The notes beneath the pieces are model-generated. The model was given only the letters and a program-made list of their open reading frames with translations, searched no databases and was not told where the DNA came from. Positions 26,132 through 34,491 of a stretch of 64,000 nucleotides of DNA are shown here, in pieces. The position numbers and the translations under genes are program-made. Position 1 is the stretch's first letter. Every line of letters begins with the position of its first letter. Origin of the DNA: Candidatus Mcinerneyibacteriota bacterium (lineage in GTDB: Bacteria; Macinerneyibacteriota; Macinerneyibacteria; Macinerneyibacteriales; DSCS01); assembly GCA_016937175.1 (NCBI GenBank), contig JAFGWL010000056.1, positions 100,437 through 164,436 of the forward strand, in the 5' to 3' direction.

Positions 26132-27343
26132 ATGGGGTCGTACGCCTTAAGTTTTCTTATTCTTCTTTTTCTTTCGGGTCTCTTCTCAGGTTCTGAAACG
26201 GCGCTATTTTCCTTTTCCGATTCGGAGATAGAAGCTCTTCCCAGGAAAAACCTTCGCAGAAAACTGAAAAAACTACGCTCTAATCCAGGCCGGCTGCTGA
26301 CATCCATCCTTCTGGGAAACCTTCTGGTCAATGTGGTGGCTGCTGCCCTGATCACCCAGGCTTTTTACACAGCTATGGGGCCCCGGGGAATCTCTTACGC
26401 CATCTTCTTCGGGACTACGGTCATCCTCATTTTCGGAGAGATCATTCCCAAGACCTTTGCCGCCCGCTTCAATACCGCTTATGCCCGCGTCACCTGTGCT
26501 TTTCTCCCCCTCTTTATCTCTATTTTAAAACCCTTCATCCTCTTGGCCGAGCTGATCACCCGCCCTATGATCAAAGCCGGGCTTCACTTCATCCCCGTGC
26601 AGGAAGAACAGCTGAAAAAGAGCGAAGTCATAACTATCCTGAAAAAAGGCAACTCTGCGATTTTAGACCCTGTAGAAGAGACTATTTTAGTGAACATGCT
26701 CAATATCCAGCTTTTTTCCTTAAAAAATGTCATGAATAACATCGATCACTCTCTCTTTATTCCCGAGGGTATGACCGTGGAAGAGATACGGGAGCGGTTT
26801 ATAAGGACAAAGTCAAGCTATCTGGTGGTCTTTAACGGAAGTTATGAGCAGATCAAAGGGATTCTGACCCCCGGAGCGCTTCTGGACTCCGACGGCCGTG
26901 CCGACCCCAAACTGCTCTCCCCTCTCTTCGTCCCGTCTCTTAAAAAAGTCAAAGATATCATCCATGCCCTGAAGACGACTCCTGTGGCCCTCATCGTCGA
27001 CGAATACGGGACTGTTACGGGAAGCCTTACCTATGACGATATCATGCACTACATCCTTCAGAATGTCACATCTCTGAACCCGGACATCTCTCATGAAAAG
27101 ATCTCCCGGAACAGCATCATCGTCCATTCGGCCACCCCCGTTCCCCAGGTCAACCGCCTTCTGGGCCTCAAACTGGACGACAGCGAGACCAAGACCATCG
27201 GAGGATATATCGAGCACCTTTCCGGAGAGATCCCTAAAAAGGGGAGTGTGCTGAGTATCCCTGAAGCGACGTTTATCATCGTGGATGCAGCCAAGAATAA
27301 GATCAACACCATCAAGATCATCAGGAAAAAAGGAGAATCATGA
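26132..27343 (+). CDS. CNNM/DUF21-CBS-CorC_HlyC family protein (hemolysin/CorC-like)
   Basis: N-terminus LLFLSGLFSGSETALFS and GEIIPKT of DUF21, then a CBS pair and a C-terminal CorC_HlyC-like domain. Confidence 0.88.
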   Translation: MGSYALSFLILLFLSGLFSGSETALFSFSDSEIEALPRKNLRRKLKKLRSNPGRLLTSILLGNLLVNVVAAALITQAFYTAMGPRGISYAIFFGTTVILIFGEIIPKTFAARFNTAYARVTCAFLPLFISILKPFILLAELITRPMIKAGLHFIPVQEEQLKKSEVITILKKGNSAILDPVEETILVNMLNIQLFSLKNVMNNIDHSLFIPEGMTVEEIRERFIRTKSSYLVVFNGSYEQIKGILTPGALLDSDGRADPKLLSPLFVPSLKKVKDIIHALKTTPVALIVDEYGTVTGSLTYDDIMHYILQNVTSLNPDISHEKISRNSIIVHSATPVPQVNRLLGLKLDDSETKTIGGYIEHLSGEIPKKGSVLSIPEATFIIVDAAKNKINTIKIIRKKGES

Positions 27344-28581
27344 CGGAAAACCTGGTCCTTCTCCTTGCGGTCATCGGGACCGTCCTCCTGAGCGCCTTCT
27401 TTTCCGGGACTGAAAACGCCTTTCTCTCGCTGAATAAATTCAAAGTCAATACCCTGGCTTATACAGGCTCCAAACGTGGAACCGCTATTAAATCCCTGTT
27501 GGCTGACATCGAAGGCTTTTACAGCACTATTCTCGTAGGAAACAATATCAGCAACTTTGTCTTTTCGTCTCTTCTGACCGTCCTCTTCCTCAAAACCTAT
27601 CCCCGTCACGGAGCCCTGATCAGTTCTGTAGCCGGAACCACCATCATGGTCATCTTCGGTGAGATCGTGCCCAAGAACATCCTCAGGGAAAGGGCCCATT
27701 ACTTTGCTTACCGTCTCTATCCCCTTCTGGCCTTTTTCCGTTATCTGTTTCTCCCGATCAGCGCCATCCTCACCTCTCTTCTCAAAGGGATCTATGCTCT
27801 TCTCAAGATCCAGACAGAAAACCGGCTGGAAAGCATAAGCAGAAAAGAACTTTTTACCGTCATCAGCTCTTCCCAGATGGCCGGGATCATCCCGGAGCTG
27901 GATCCCTCCGTCATAGAACGGATCTTCTCATTCAAAGAAAAGAAGGTCCATCAGGCGGTAATCCCTGTAAACGAAACCCTGGCCCTTCCGGGGGATACTC
28001 CTGTAGGGGATATCAAACAGCGATTTGTCTCTTCTCACGACGAATTCCTCCTTCTCTACCATGGCAAACATACCCATCTGATCGGCTATACCGTCCCCGG
28101 CGACCTTGTCAATATCGATAACAACGACCTTCCCGTCTCAGAAGTCATGCGTGATATCGTCTTCATCCCCGAGGTCATCCCCCTTCTCGATGCTGTCCCC
28201 TATTTTGAAGAAGAAACGTTGCTTGTGGTGGTGGATGAATACGGATCCATCGCCGGAGTCCTCACCCTCGAAGAGGTTATCGATGAGATCCTGGGGGAGC
28301 GTGAGAACATCCTTACAGCCTCTCTGCAGAAAGAGATCGATATGATCGTAAGCGGCAAAACCTCTCTGGAGCAGCTGCGTATCGACTTCGGGATCTATAT
28401 TGACGACCCCTATGTCAATACCATCGCCGGGCATATGATCAGAACGTTCAGAAGGATCCCCCGGCCGGGCGAATCCCTTGTCATAGGCCATTACCTTTTT
28501 ACCGTGATAGACGCCTCTCCGGCTAAAGTCAAAAAAGTGAAGATCATGTTCAATGAAAAAAAGGATGAAGGTGATGCCTAG
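27340..28581 (+). CDS. CNNM/DUF21-CBS-CorC_HlyC family protein (paralogue)
   Basis: LLSAFFSGTENAFLS and GEIVPKN motifs with the same architecture. ATGA overlap with the upstream paralogue. Confidence 0.88.
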   Translation: MTENLVLLLAVIGTVLLSAFFSGTENAFLSLNKFKVNTLAYTGSKRGTAIKSLLADIEGFYSTILVGNNISNFVFSSLLTVLFLKTYPRHGALISSVAGTTIMVIFGEIVPKNILRERAHYFAYRLYPLLAFFRYLFLPISAILTSLLKGIYALLKIQTENRLESISRKELFTVISSSQMAGIIPELDPSVIERIFSFKEKKVHQAVIPVNETLALPGDTPVGDIKQRFVSSHDEFLLLYHGKHTHLIGYTVPGDLVNIDNNDLPVSEVMRDIVFIPEVIPLLDAVPYFEEETLLVVVDEYGSIAGVLTLEEVIDEILGERENILTASLQKEIDMIVSGKTSLEQLRIDFGIYIDDPYVNTIAGHMIRTFRRIPRPGESLVIGHYLFTVIDASPAKVKKVKIMFNEKKDEGDA

Positions 28582-28660
28582 GGTCGGGCTCGAACCGACA
28601 CGGCAAAAAATTGCCACCGGATTTTAAGTCCGATGCGTCTACCAATTCCGCCACCCAGGC
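28575..28660 (-). tRNA. tRNA-Leu (anticodon UAA)
   Basis: Reverse complement GCCTGGGTGGCGGAATTGGTAGACGC...GGACTTAAAATCC...long variable arm...GGTTCGAGCCCGACCCTAGGCA. 86 nt, cloverleaf with loop CTTAAAA. No encoded CCA. Confidence 0.95.
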
Positions 28661-28662
28661 TA

Positions 28663-28734
28663 AGGCAACGACCGGATTCGAACCGGTGAATAGTGGTTTT
28701 GCAGACCACTGCCTTACCACTTGGCTACGTTGCC
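28663..28734 (-). tRNA. tRNA-Cys (anticodon GCA)
   Basis: GGCAACGTAGCCAAGTGGTAAGGCAGTGGTCTGCAAAACCACTATTCACCGGTTCGAATCCGGTCGTTGCCT. Anticodon stem GTGGT/ACCAC with loop CTGCAAA. Confidence 0.95.
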
Positions 28735-28745
28735 ATAATGAAAAA

Positions 28746-28818
28746 AGCGGGTGACCGGACTCGAACCGGCGACGACTACGTTGGCAACGTAGTGCTCTAC
28801 CAACTGAGCTACACCCGC
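28746..28818 (-). tRNA. tRNA-Gly (anticodon GCC)
   Basis: GCGGGTGTAGCTCAGTTGGTAGAGCACTACGTTGCCAACGTAGTCGTCGCCGGTTCGAGTCCGGTCACCCGCT. Anticodon stem CTACG/CGTAG with loop TTGCCAA. Confidence 0.95.
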
Positions 28819-28835
28819 TTTTACTTGACGGGGGG

Positions 28836-28864
28836 ATATTAGCATAGACCCTTTTTTTTGTCAA
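28836..28864 (-). promoter_or_regulatory. tRNA operon promoter TTGACA-N17-TAATAT
   Basis: On the minus strand: -35 at 28864-28859 and -10 at 28841-28836, about 17 nt upstream of the tRNA-Gly 5' end. Confidence 0.55.
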
Positions 28865-28931
28865 TACGATAAATTAGGGAGCAACTAAAAAAAACTCTCG
28901 TCCGGCTCCTCCTTTACACAAGAGTTCTCAA

Positions 28932-28959
28932 TTGACACTCCGGGGCTCCTCTCTATAAT
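28932..28959 (+). promoter_or_regulatory. Promoter TTGACA-N16-TATAAT placed for a leaderless kinase transcript
   Basis: -35 at 28932-28937 and -10 at 28954-28959. The ATG at 28967 lies 7 nt after the -10. The only GAGG is 2 nt from the ATG, too close for an SD. Confidence 0.5.
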
Positions 28960-28966
28960 AGAGGTT

Positions 28967-30088
28967 ATGGATAAGGGCAGATTCTCGGAGTTCATCGATA
29001 AAAAGATCGATTCCCTCTCCGATGAAAACATCAGGCGGATCATCCGGGCCATGGAGACAGAATCAGACCGTTACCGTCACATGCTGGGACGGCTTAATGA
29101 AGGCCTTCTTATCCTGTCTGAGTCAGGGCACATCCTCTATGCCAATGAGAAAGGCAAAGACCTCCTGGCCCTTGACCCTCACCGGAAAAATATCTCTGGG
29201 CTGACCCTCTCAGACGGATCACGCCCCTTTAACCTGAATAAGGAGAAACCCTATACAGAAAGCCGCATCGTGGAGCATCACAGCTCTTATCTTCACCTGA
29301 TCATCGAACCTGTCTCTTCAGATGGCATCGTCTTTATCTATATCCGTGATATTTCAGACCTCTATCATACCCGGAGGCTTCTTCTGGAAAATATCCGATC
29401 CACGGGACAACTGATCACCCTGATCAATATCCATATCAATGACCCGCTAGCCCGATTCCGCCTTTTTCTGGATCTTCTTCCCGGCGATTCTGCTCTTTTT
29501 TCTTCAGAGCAGAAAAAGGTCCTTCAGGAGGACCTGGAACGTATCGACAGGACTTTACATGACCTGACTCTCTCCTTTACATCCAACCCTTATGTCTTTA
29601 AGAGGTTTATGCCTGAAGAGGCTCTTCGGAAGATCATCCGGTCCCGGCAATATCAACTTACAGTCAAAAATCTCAGCATCGAATGGGGCCTGTCAGACGA
29701 GGGGCGGACCCTCTACGGAAACCCTGAAAGTATTGAACAGGCTTTAGGCCATATCCTGGACAATGTCATCGAAGAGAGTCCTGAAAAGGGGACAGTCCGA
29801 GTCACCACCAGGACAGAGAAAGACTATTTCCTCATGATCATCCGGGATGAAGGACCGGGGATCTCCCGGGATGGACTTCACACCATCTTCACCCCCTTTT
29901 CAGAGGAGAGCGGAGAACATCCCGGCCTGGGCCTTTCTGTCGCCGCCAGGATCATGGCCCATCACCTGGGGTCCCTTAATATTAAATGCCGGCCCGGAGA
30001 AGGGCGCACATTCACCCTCCTCCTCCCACGCCGAGATGAAAACCAACCCTCTCTTCCCTATACAGGAGAAACCTTTCATGACAAATAG
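28967..30088 (+). CDS. PAS-domain sensor histidine kinase
   Basis: H-box-like INIHINDPLA, N-box ILDNVIEES, G1 IRDEGPGIS, G2 HPGLGLSVA. Overlaps the response-regulator gene by 11 nt. Confidence 0.88.
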   Translation: MDKGRFSEFIDKKIDSLSDENIRRIIRAMETESDRYRHMLGRLNEGLLILSESGHILYANEKGKDLLALDPHRKNISGLTLSDGSRPFNLNKEKPYTESRIVEHHSSYLHLIIEPVSSDGIVFIYIRDISDLYHTRRLLLENIRSTGQLITLINIHINDPLARFRLFLDLLPGDSALFSSEQKKVLQEDLERIDRTLHDLTLSFTSNPYVFKRFMPEEALRKIIRSRQYQLTVKNLSIEWGLSDEGRTLYGNPESIEQALGHILDNVIEESPEKGTVRVTTRTEKDYFLMIIRDEGPGISRDGLHTIFTPFSEESGEHPGLGLSVAARIMAHHLGSLNIKCRPGEGRTFTLLLPRRDENQPSLPYTGETFHDK

Positions 30089-31415
30089 GAGTAGAAGGAT
30101 CCTGCTCATCACACGGACGGAAAATGACCTTCCCTTCCTCCGTCCCCTTCTGGAACGTGAAGGGTTTATCCTTCACCCTCTCTTTTCCCTTTCTGACCCC
30201 GGCCCTCTGCCCCGTACAGTCTCTCACATCATCATCGACATCAATTTCGATATCAACCGGCTGGAATCGGCTCTCCAGTGGTGCCGGGAACACTATCCCG
30301 GAGTCAACCCCCTCCTTCTGTCTCCTTTGCCGGCTGATTCACTGGCTCCTTTTCTCTCTCTCCAGCCCCCTGTCATCATCAAAAAGCCCTTCTCATCTGA
30401 AGAGCTGCTCATGTCGCTCGGAGATGGTTCATCTGCTTTTCCCGCCGATGAGAAGCCTGCTCTGATCAGGGACGGGAGCTTTATGACCGCCTCACCGAAG
30501 ATGGAAGCCGTCTACGAGCTGGTGAGACAAGTGGCTCCCACCGATGCTTTTGTCCTTGTGAGAGGAGAGACAGGAACAGGCAAGGAGGTCATCACCAGGC
30601 TGATCCACAGGATGAGTCTGCGGCGAAATGAAAAACTCGTCCCCATCAATTGCGCCGCCCTTCCTGAATCCCTTCTCGAATCGGAACTGTTCGGATTTGA
30701 GAAAGGGGCCTTTACAGGAGCTTCAGAAAGCAAACCCGGAAAATTTGAATACGCTCACAAGGGGACGCTTTTTCTCGATGAGATCGGAGACATGGCCCTT
30801 CCCCTTCAGGCCAAAGTCCTCCGTGTCCTTCAAGATAAAGAAGTAGAGCGCCTGGGAAGCCATGAAAAAAGAAAAGCAGATGTCCGTGTGGTCTCAGCCA
30901 CTCATCAACCCCTTGAGGACCTTATGGAGAAGGGCCTTTTCCGGGAAGATCTCTATTACCGCCTTAATGTCATCTCGGTCCGGCTTCCTCCTCTTCGGGA
31001 ACGACCCGAGGATATCATACTCCTTTCCGCCTCTTTCCTCGAAGAGTTTAAAAACAAGTATTCCAAAGAGATCGAAGGGTTTTCCCGCGAAGTCCGCGAT
31101 TTTTTTCTCCGCTACTCCTGGCCCGGCAATGTCCGTGAATTAAGGAATCTTGTGGAATCCATGGTCATTCTGACACGGAAAAGGGTCATCACCAATGAAC
31201 TCCTGCCCGATTCTCTGAAAGAGAAAGGGCCCCGGCTTGCTGCCCCCTCGTTTCAACCCGGCGGCAAAGAGGCCTTTTCTCTGGAATCCGGAGAGAAGGA
31301 GCTTATCAGGCAGGCTCTGGAAACAACAGGAGGAAACCGGGCCCGAACTGCCCGCATCCTGGGAATCGCCAGGAGTACTCTCTACAATAAGATGGAAAAA
31401 TACGGTTTATCGTAA
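30078..31415 (+). CDS. Sigma-54-dependent response regulator (NtrC family enhancer-binding protein)
   Basis: Receiver-like N-terminus (IIIDINF, KKPF), AAA+ Walker A GETGTGKEV, ESELFGFEKGAFTGA (GAFTGA loop), and a C-terminal Fis-type HTH ARTARILGIARSTLYNKM. Start taken at ATG 30078 (MTNRSRRILLI); the ORF-track extension overlaps the kinase. Confidence 0.92.
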   Translation: MTNRSRRILLITRTENDLPFLRPLLEREGFILHPLFSLSDPGPLPRTVSHIIIDINFDINRLESALQWCREHYPGVNPLLLSPLPADSLAPFLSLQPPVIIKKPFSSEELLMSLGDGSSAFPADEKPALIRDGSFMTASPKMEAVYELVRQVAPTDAFVLVRGETGTGKEVITRLIHRMSLRRNEKLVPINCAALPESLLESELFGFEKGAFTGASESKPGKFEYAHKGTLFLDEIGDMALPLQAKVLRVLQDKEVERLGSHEKRKADVRVVSATHQPLEDLMEKGLFREDLYYRLNVISVRLPPLRERPEDIILLSASFLEEFKNKYSKEIEGFSREVRDFFLRYSWPGNVRELRNLVESMVILTRKRVITNELLPDSLKEKGPRLAAPSFQPGGKEAFSLESGEKELIRQALETTGGNRARTARILGIARSTLYNKMEKYGLS

Positions 31416-32108
31416 CCGGTTCAGTTCCCAAAGCAGAATGGCCGCAGCTACACTTACATTATAAGAATCAAATCCTTCTCTCTGCGGGATACGGACTGAG
31501 AAATCCGCTTCACTGATGAAGGTCCGGCGGACTCCGCTTCCCTCACTTCCCATGCAAAGAAGGAGAGGAAAAAGAGGCGAAAAAGAGGGGTCTCCCGCCT
31601 CCGTCTCCCCGTTCATATGGGCAGCAGCGACCCATACCCCGCTCTTTTTAAGCTGTTTGACGGTGTGGGCGGGGTTTTTCATCCGGACCAGGGGGACAGC
31701 TCCGGCGTATCCCGACGAAGCGGAAAAGACTGCCGGGGTCACATCAACTGTTCTGTCTGCTGTCAAGACGACTGCATCGATTCCCATGCCATAGGCCGTC
31801 CTGAGAATACTTCCCAGATTCATAGGATCCTGGATCCCGTCCAGAAGGAGAAAAAGGGAGGAAGGCCCCATCATCTCCTCAAGATAGCCTGGATCGTAAA
31901 GAGGAGGAGAGGCGATCTCAGCGGCTATCCCCTGATGGCGGAGATGGCTGAAAGAATGGTCGAAAAATTCCTTCTCCCTCTTTTCAGCCGGAACTCGGGA
32001 TTCCCCGGGTATAAGGCCCTCTTTCCCCGGAAGGTAAAAGACTTTTTTGACTAGGTGAGGGGAAAGCCTGAGGACTTCACGGACGGTATTTTTTCCGTAG
32101 ATCAGCAT
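31407..32108 (-). CDS. rlmB: SpoU/TrmH-family RNA 2'-O-methyltransferase (RlmB-like)
   Basis: MLIYGKNTVREVL start, then DGIQDPMNLGSILRTA, LLCMGSEGSGV and SYNVSVAAAILLWE motifs. ATG 32108 is preferred over TTG 32129. Confidence 0.85.
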   Translation of the reverse strand: MLIYGKNTVREVLRLSPHLVKKVFYLPGKEGLIPGESRVPAEKREKEFFDHSFSHLRHQGIAAEIASPPLYDPGYLEEMMGPSSLFLLLDGIQDPMNLGSILRTAYGMGIDAVVLTADRTVDVTPAVFSASSGYAGAVPLVRMKNPAHTVKQLKKSGVWVAAAHMNGETEAGDPSFSPLFPLLLCMGSEGSGVRRTFISEADFSVRIPQREGFDSYNVSVAAAILLWELNRLR

Positions 32109-32509
32109 GAAGAACTCTTTTTCTGACAATTCTCCTTTCCTGCCTCCTCTTTTGGCCCCGAAGAGCAGCGGCCGGGAAGAGGGATCATACAGAGGAAATG
32201 GAGTTCACCCTCGCCCAGGTTTTTAAACTGATGCTTTTCTCCCGGGGCAATGTACATAAAGACTCCCGGGGAAAGGGGTTTTTCGCCATCCTGTGAGATT
32301 GCGACACCCTTGCCCTCCAGGACATACATCTCATGTTCCCAGTCATGGGTATGGAGAGGAGTGTACCCCCCTTTTTCAAGGCGAAACTGCCTCATGGCAA
32401 AACAGGGAGCTTTCTCTTTATCGGAGACCAGCCAACGGATCCAGGCCCCTTTTGCTCCTTCGGTCTCGATTTTTTCCTCGGGGACATCCTGATACTTTTT
32501 CACAAGCAT
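32102..32509 (-). CDS. Cupin-domain protein
   Basis: Cupin motifs GGYTPLHTHDWEHEMYVLEG and GEKHQFKN. The ATG at 32509 has a perfect SD (GAAGGAGG, 5-nt spacing). Confidence 0.8.
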   Translation of the reverse strand: MLVKKYQDVPEEKIETEGAKGAWIRWLVSDKEKAPCFAMRQFRLEKGGYTPLHTHDWEHEMYVLEGKGVAISQDGEKPLSPGVFMYIAPGEKHQFKNLGEGELHFLCMIPLPGRCSSGPKEEAGKENCQKKSSSC

Positions 32510-32660
32510 AGAAACCTCCTTCATCTCTATGAAAGCCTATCATAGAAGAGGAACCGGGTCAATCAGAGAGGCCGGCCCTTCTTTATTGTTAGTGTCCCTA
32601 TAATAATACTCTTGCGTTTTTTCTCTCCTTCGGTTATGGTAATTCAAAAGGGAGGACAAG

Positions 32661-33746
32661 ATGGCCCGTTCCTACGACGCGATCCTTGAAAAAACAGCCT
32701 TACAGCCCACCCGCCAGGGTCTTCGAGATCTTCTTGAAAACGATGAACCCGAACTCTTACAGGCTCTGACCCGGCATGCCTATCACATCAAAACTTCTGA
32801 ACTGGGACGCAATGTCTACTTCAGAGGGATCATCGAATTTTCTAATATCTGCACAAAAGATTGTTACTATTGCGGAATCCGCAAAAGCAATCATCTGGTG
32901 AACCGGTATGAACTCAGCGAGGAAGAGATCCTCCGCGAAGCCCGCTGGTGTTATGAGAACCATTACGGCTCTCTTGTCCTTCAATCCGGAGAACGGCGCG
33001 ACCCCGCCTTTGTGGATAAGATCGAATGGCTTCTCAAAGAGATCAAGAGTCTTTCTCAAGGATCCCTGGGAGTCACTCTCTCTGTGGGGGAACAGGACCT
33101 GAAGACTTACGAGCGATGGTTTCTGGCCGGGGCCCACCGTTATCTGCTTCGCATCGAGACCTCAAACCCCCGACTCTACTCCTCGCTCCATCCCAAAAGC
33201 CACTCCTGGGAAGAGCGGAGACGCTGTCTGGATTACCTGCGCCAAAGCGGATATCAGGTAGGAACAGGCTTTCTCATCGGAGTTCCCGGCCAGACGTTCG
33301 ACGACATGGCCGGTGATATCCTTTTTCTTAAGGAGATAGATATCGATATGGTCGGAATGGGGCCGTTTATCCCTCATGAAGAGACACCCCTTGGCTCCTC
33401 TGCGCCATTCGACCCGGTCAGACAACTGACTCTGGGTTTGAAAATGATCGCACTGGTCCGCATGGTCATGAAAGACGTCAACATAGCAGCCACCACGGCT
33501 CTTCAGGCCCTTTCTCCGACGGGGCGTGAATTGGGCCTCAGGGCCGGAGCAAATATTATAATGCCCAATGTCACCGATCTGGCTTACAGAAGAGGATATC
33601 AGCTTTATCAGAACAAACCCGGGTTGGATGAAAACGCCGTGGAACAGCGGATCAACCTCGAACAGAGCGTAGAAGCTTTAGGGGAAAAAGTCTGCTATGG
33701 AGAGTGGGGAGACAGCCTCCATTTTAAAAAAAGACAGAAAGGGTGA
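32661..33746 (+). CDS. hydE: [FeFe]-hydrogenase H-cluster radical SAM maturase HydE
   Basis: BioB-like radical SAM protein with CTKDCYYCGIR (CX3CX2C). N-terminal pattern LLQALTRHAYHIK...VYFRGIIEFSNIC as in HydE. hydG and hydA lie nearby. HydE versus BioB was judged by context and motifs only. Confidence 0.85.
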   Translation: MARSYDAILEKTALQPTRQGLRDLLENDEPELLQALTRHAYHIKTSELGRNVYFRGIIEFSNICTKDCYYCGIRKSNHLVNRYELSEEEILREARWCYENHYGSLVLQSGERRDPAFVDKIEWLLKEIKSLSQGSLGVTLSVGEQDLKTYERWFLAGAHRYLLRIETSNPRLYSSLHPKSHSWEERRRCLDYLRQSGYQVGTGFLIGVPGQTFDDMAGDILFLKEIDIDMVGMGPFIPHEETPLGSSAPFDPVRQLTLGLKMIALVRMVMKDVNIAATTALQALSPTGRELGLRAGANIIMPNVTDLAYRRGYQLYQNKPGLDENAVEQRINLEQSVEALGEKVCYGEWGDSLHFKKRQKG

Positions 33747-33768
33747 CCTTCCTCCCCTCACGGCCCTC

Positions 33769-34281
33769 TTACCGCTCGATCCCATCTCTGGCTAATATTC
33801 CTTTCTGGTAATAGTGTTTCACTTCCCGCATTTCAGTGACAAGGTCGGCCGCATCGACAAGGCCTTGAGGAGCCCCCCTCCCTGTCAGGGCCACTTCCGT
33901 AGACATTTCCCGCGATGAGAGGGCTTCAAGAAGTTCTTCCAATGTAAAAAAGGCATACTCCAGGGGAAAGGTCACCTCATCTAGAATCACCAGGCCATAA
34001 TCCCCCGATTTGAGGATTTCTGAAGCAATTTCGAGTCCCTCCCGGGCTGCCTGCCTGTCTGCAGGCCCCGGTGGCCGCTGCAGAAAACAACCTTTCCCGA
34101 AAAGCCCTGCCGTAAACCCATCCAGGGATCGGAGCAGGGCGATTTCATGGTACTCCCTGTCTTTGATAAACTGTCCCATGAAGACCCTTAAGCCGGCCCC
34201 AAGGGCTCTGACCGCCAAACCTACCGCAGCGGTGGTCTTTCCTTTTCCGTCTCCCGTATAGAGGTGGATCATCCCCTGCAT
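33769..34281 (-). CDS. cobO: Cob(I)yrinic acid a,c-diamide adenosyltransferase (CobA/CobO/BtuR family)
   Basis: MQGMIHLYTGDGKGKTTAAVGLAVRALGAG P-loop start, LVILDE, and HYYQKGILARDGIE at the end. ATG 34281 follows GGAGAGAGGAGAAACA; the upstream ORF extension was ignored. Confidence 0.88.
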   Translation of the reverse strand: MQGMIHLYTGDGKGKTTAAVGLAVRALGAGLRVFMGQFIKDREYHEIALLRSLDGFTAGLFGKGCFLQRPPGPADRQAAREGLEIASEILKSGDYGLVILDEVTFPLEYAFFTLEELLEALSSREMSTEVALTGRGAPQGLVDAADLVTEMREVKHYYQKGILARDGIER

Positions 34282-34491
34282 TGTTTCTCCTCTCTCCTTT
34301 TTTTCCTTATCTTCGTCTGATTTAACAGCCCGTCCCTCTTCATGTTCCGTCCCACACTGAAAAAAAATCATAGATGATCTCTTGCTTCAAAAGTGAGAAA
34401 ATATTCTGCCCTCGCCAGTTGAAAAGGGATGAATCCTATCCCTGTCATAGAAAGCGTAAGCTTAAGGAAGGTACGATTTGCAAAGGGCTTT

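Noticed and set aside
28550-28864. A 104-codon minus-strand ORF and the 28138-28617 ORF spanning the tRNA cluster.
   Set aside because: The region folds into three canonical tRNAs, and the ORFs merely read through them.
29847-30077. The N-terminal 77-codon extension of the sigma-54 activator ORF.
   Set aside because: It overlaps the kinase HATPase domain in another frame. ATG 30078 gives the normal receiver start and the typical short overlap with the kinase stop.
32510-32660. A promoter for hydE around TATAAT at 32599-32604.
   Set aside because: A good -10 is present, but there is no acceptable -35 at 16-18 nt and no extended TG, so it was not annotated as a feature.
34282-34491. A possible cobalamin riboswitch or extended CobO N-terminus upstream of the adenosyltransferase gene.
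   Set aside because: The minus-strand leader has no B12-box (GCCACTG-like core) and none of the conserved GGTG/AAxxGGGAA blocks. The ORF extension lacks the P-loop context, and a strong SD precedes ATG 34281. Only a weak 6-bp hairpin (34425-34443) after the kinase stop was seen.
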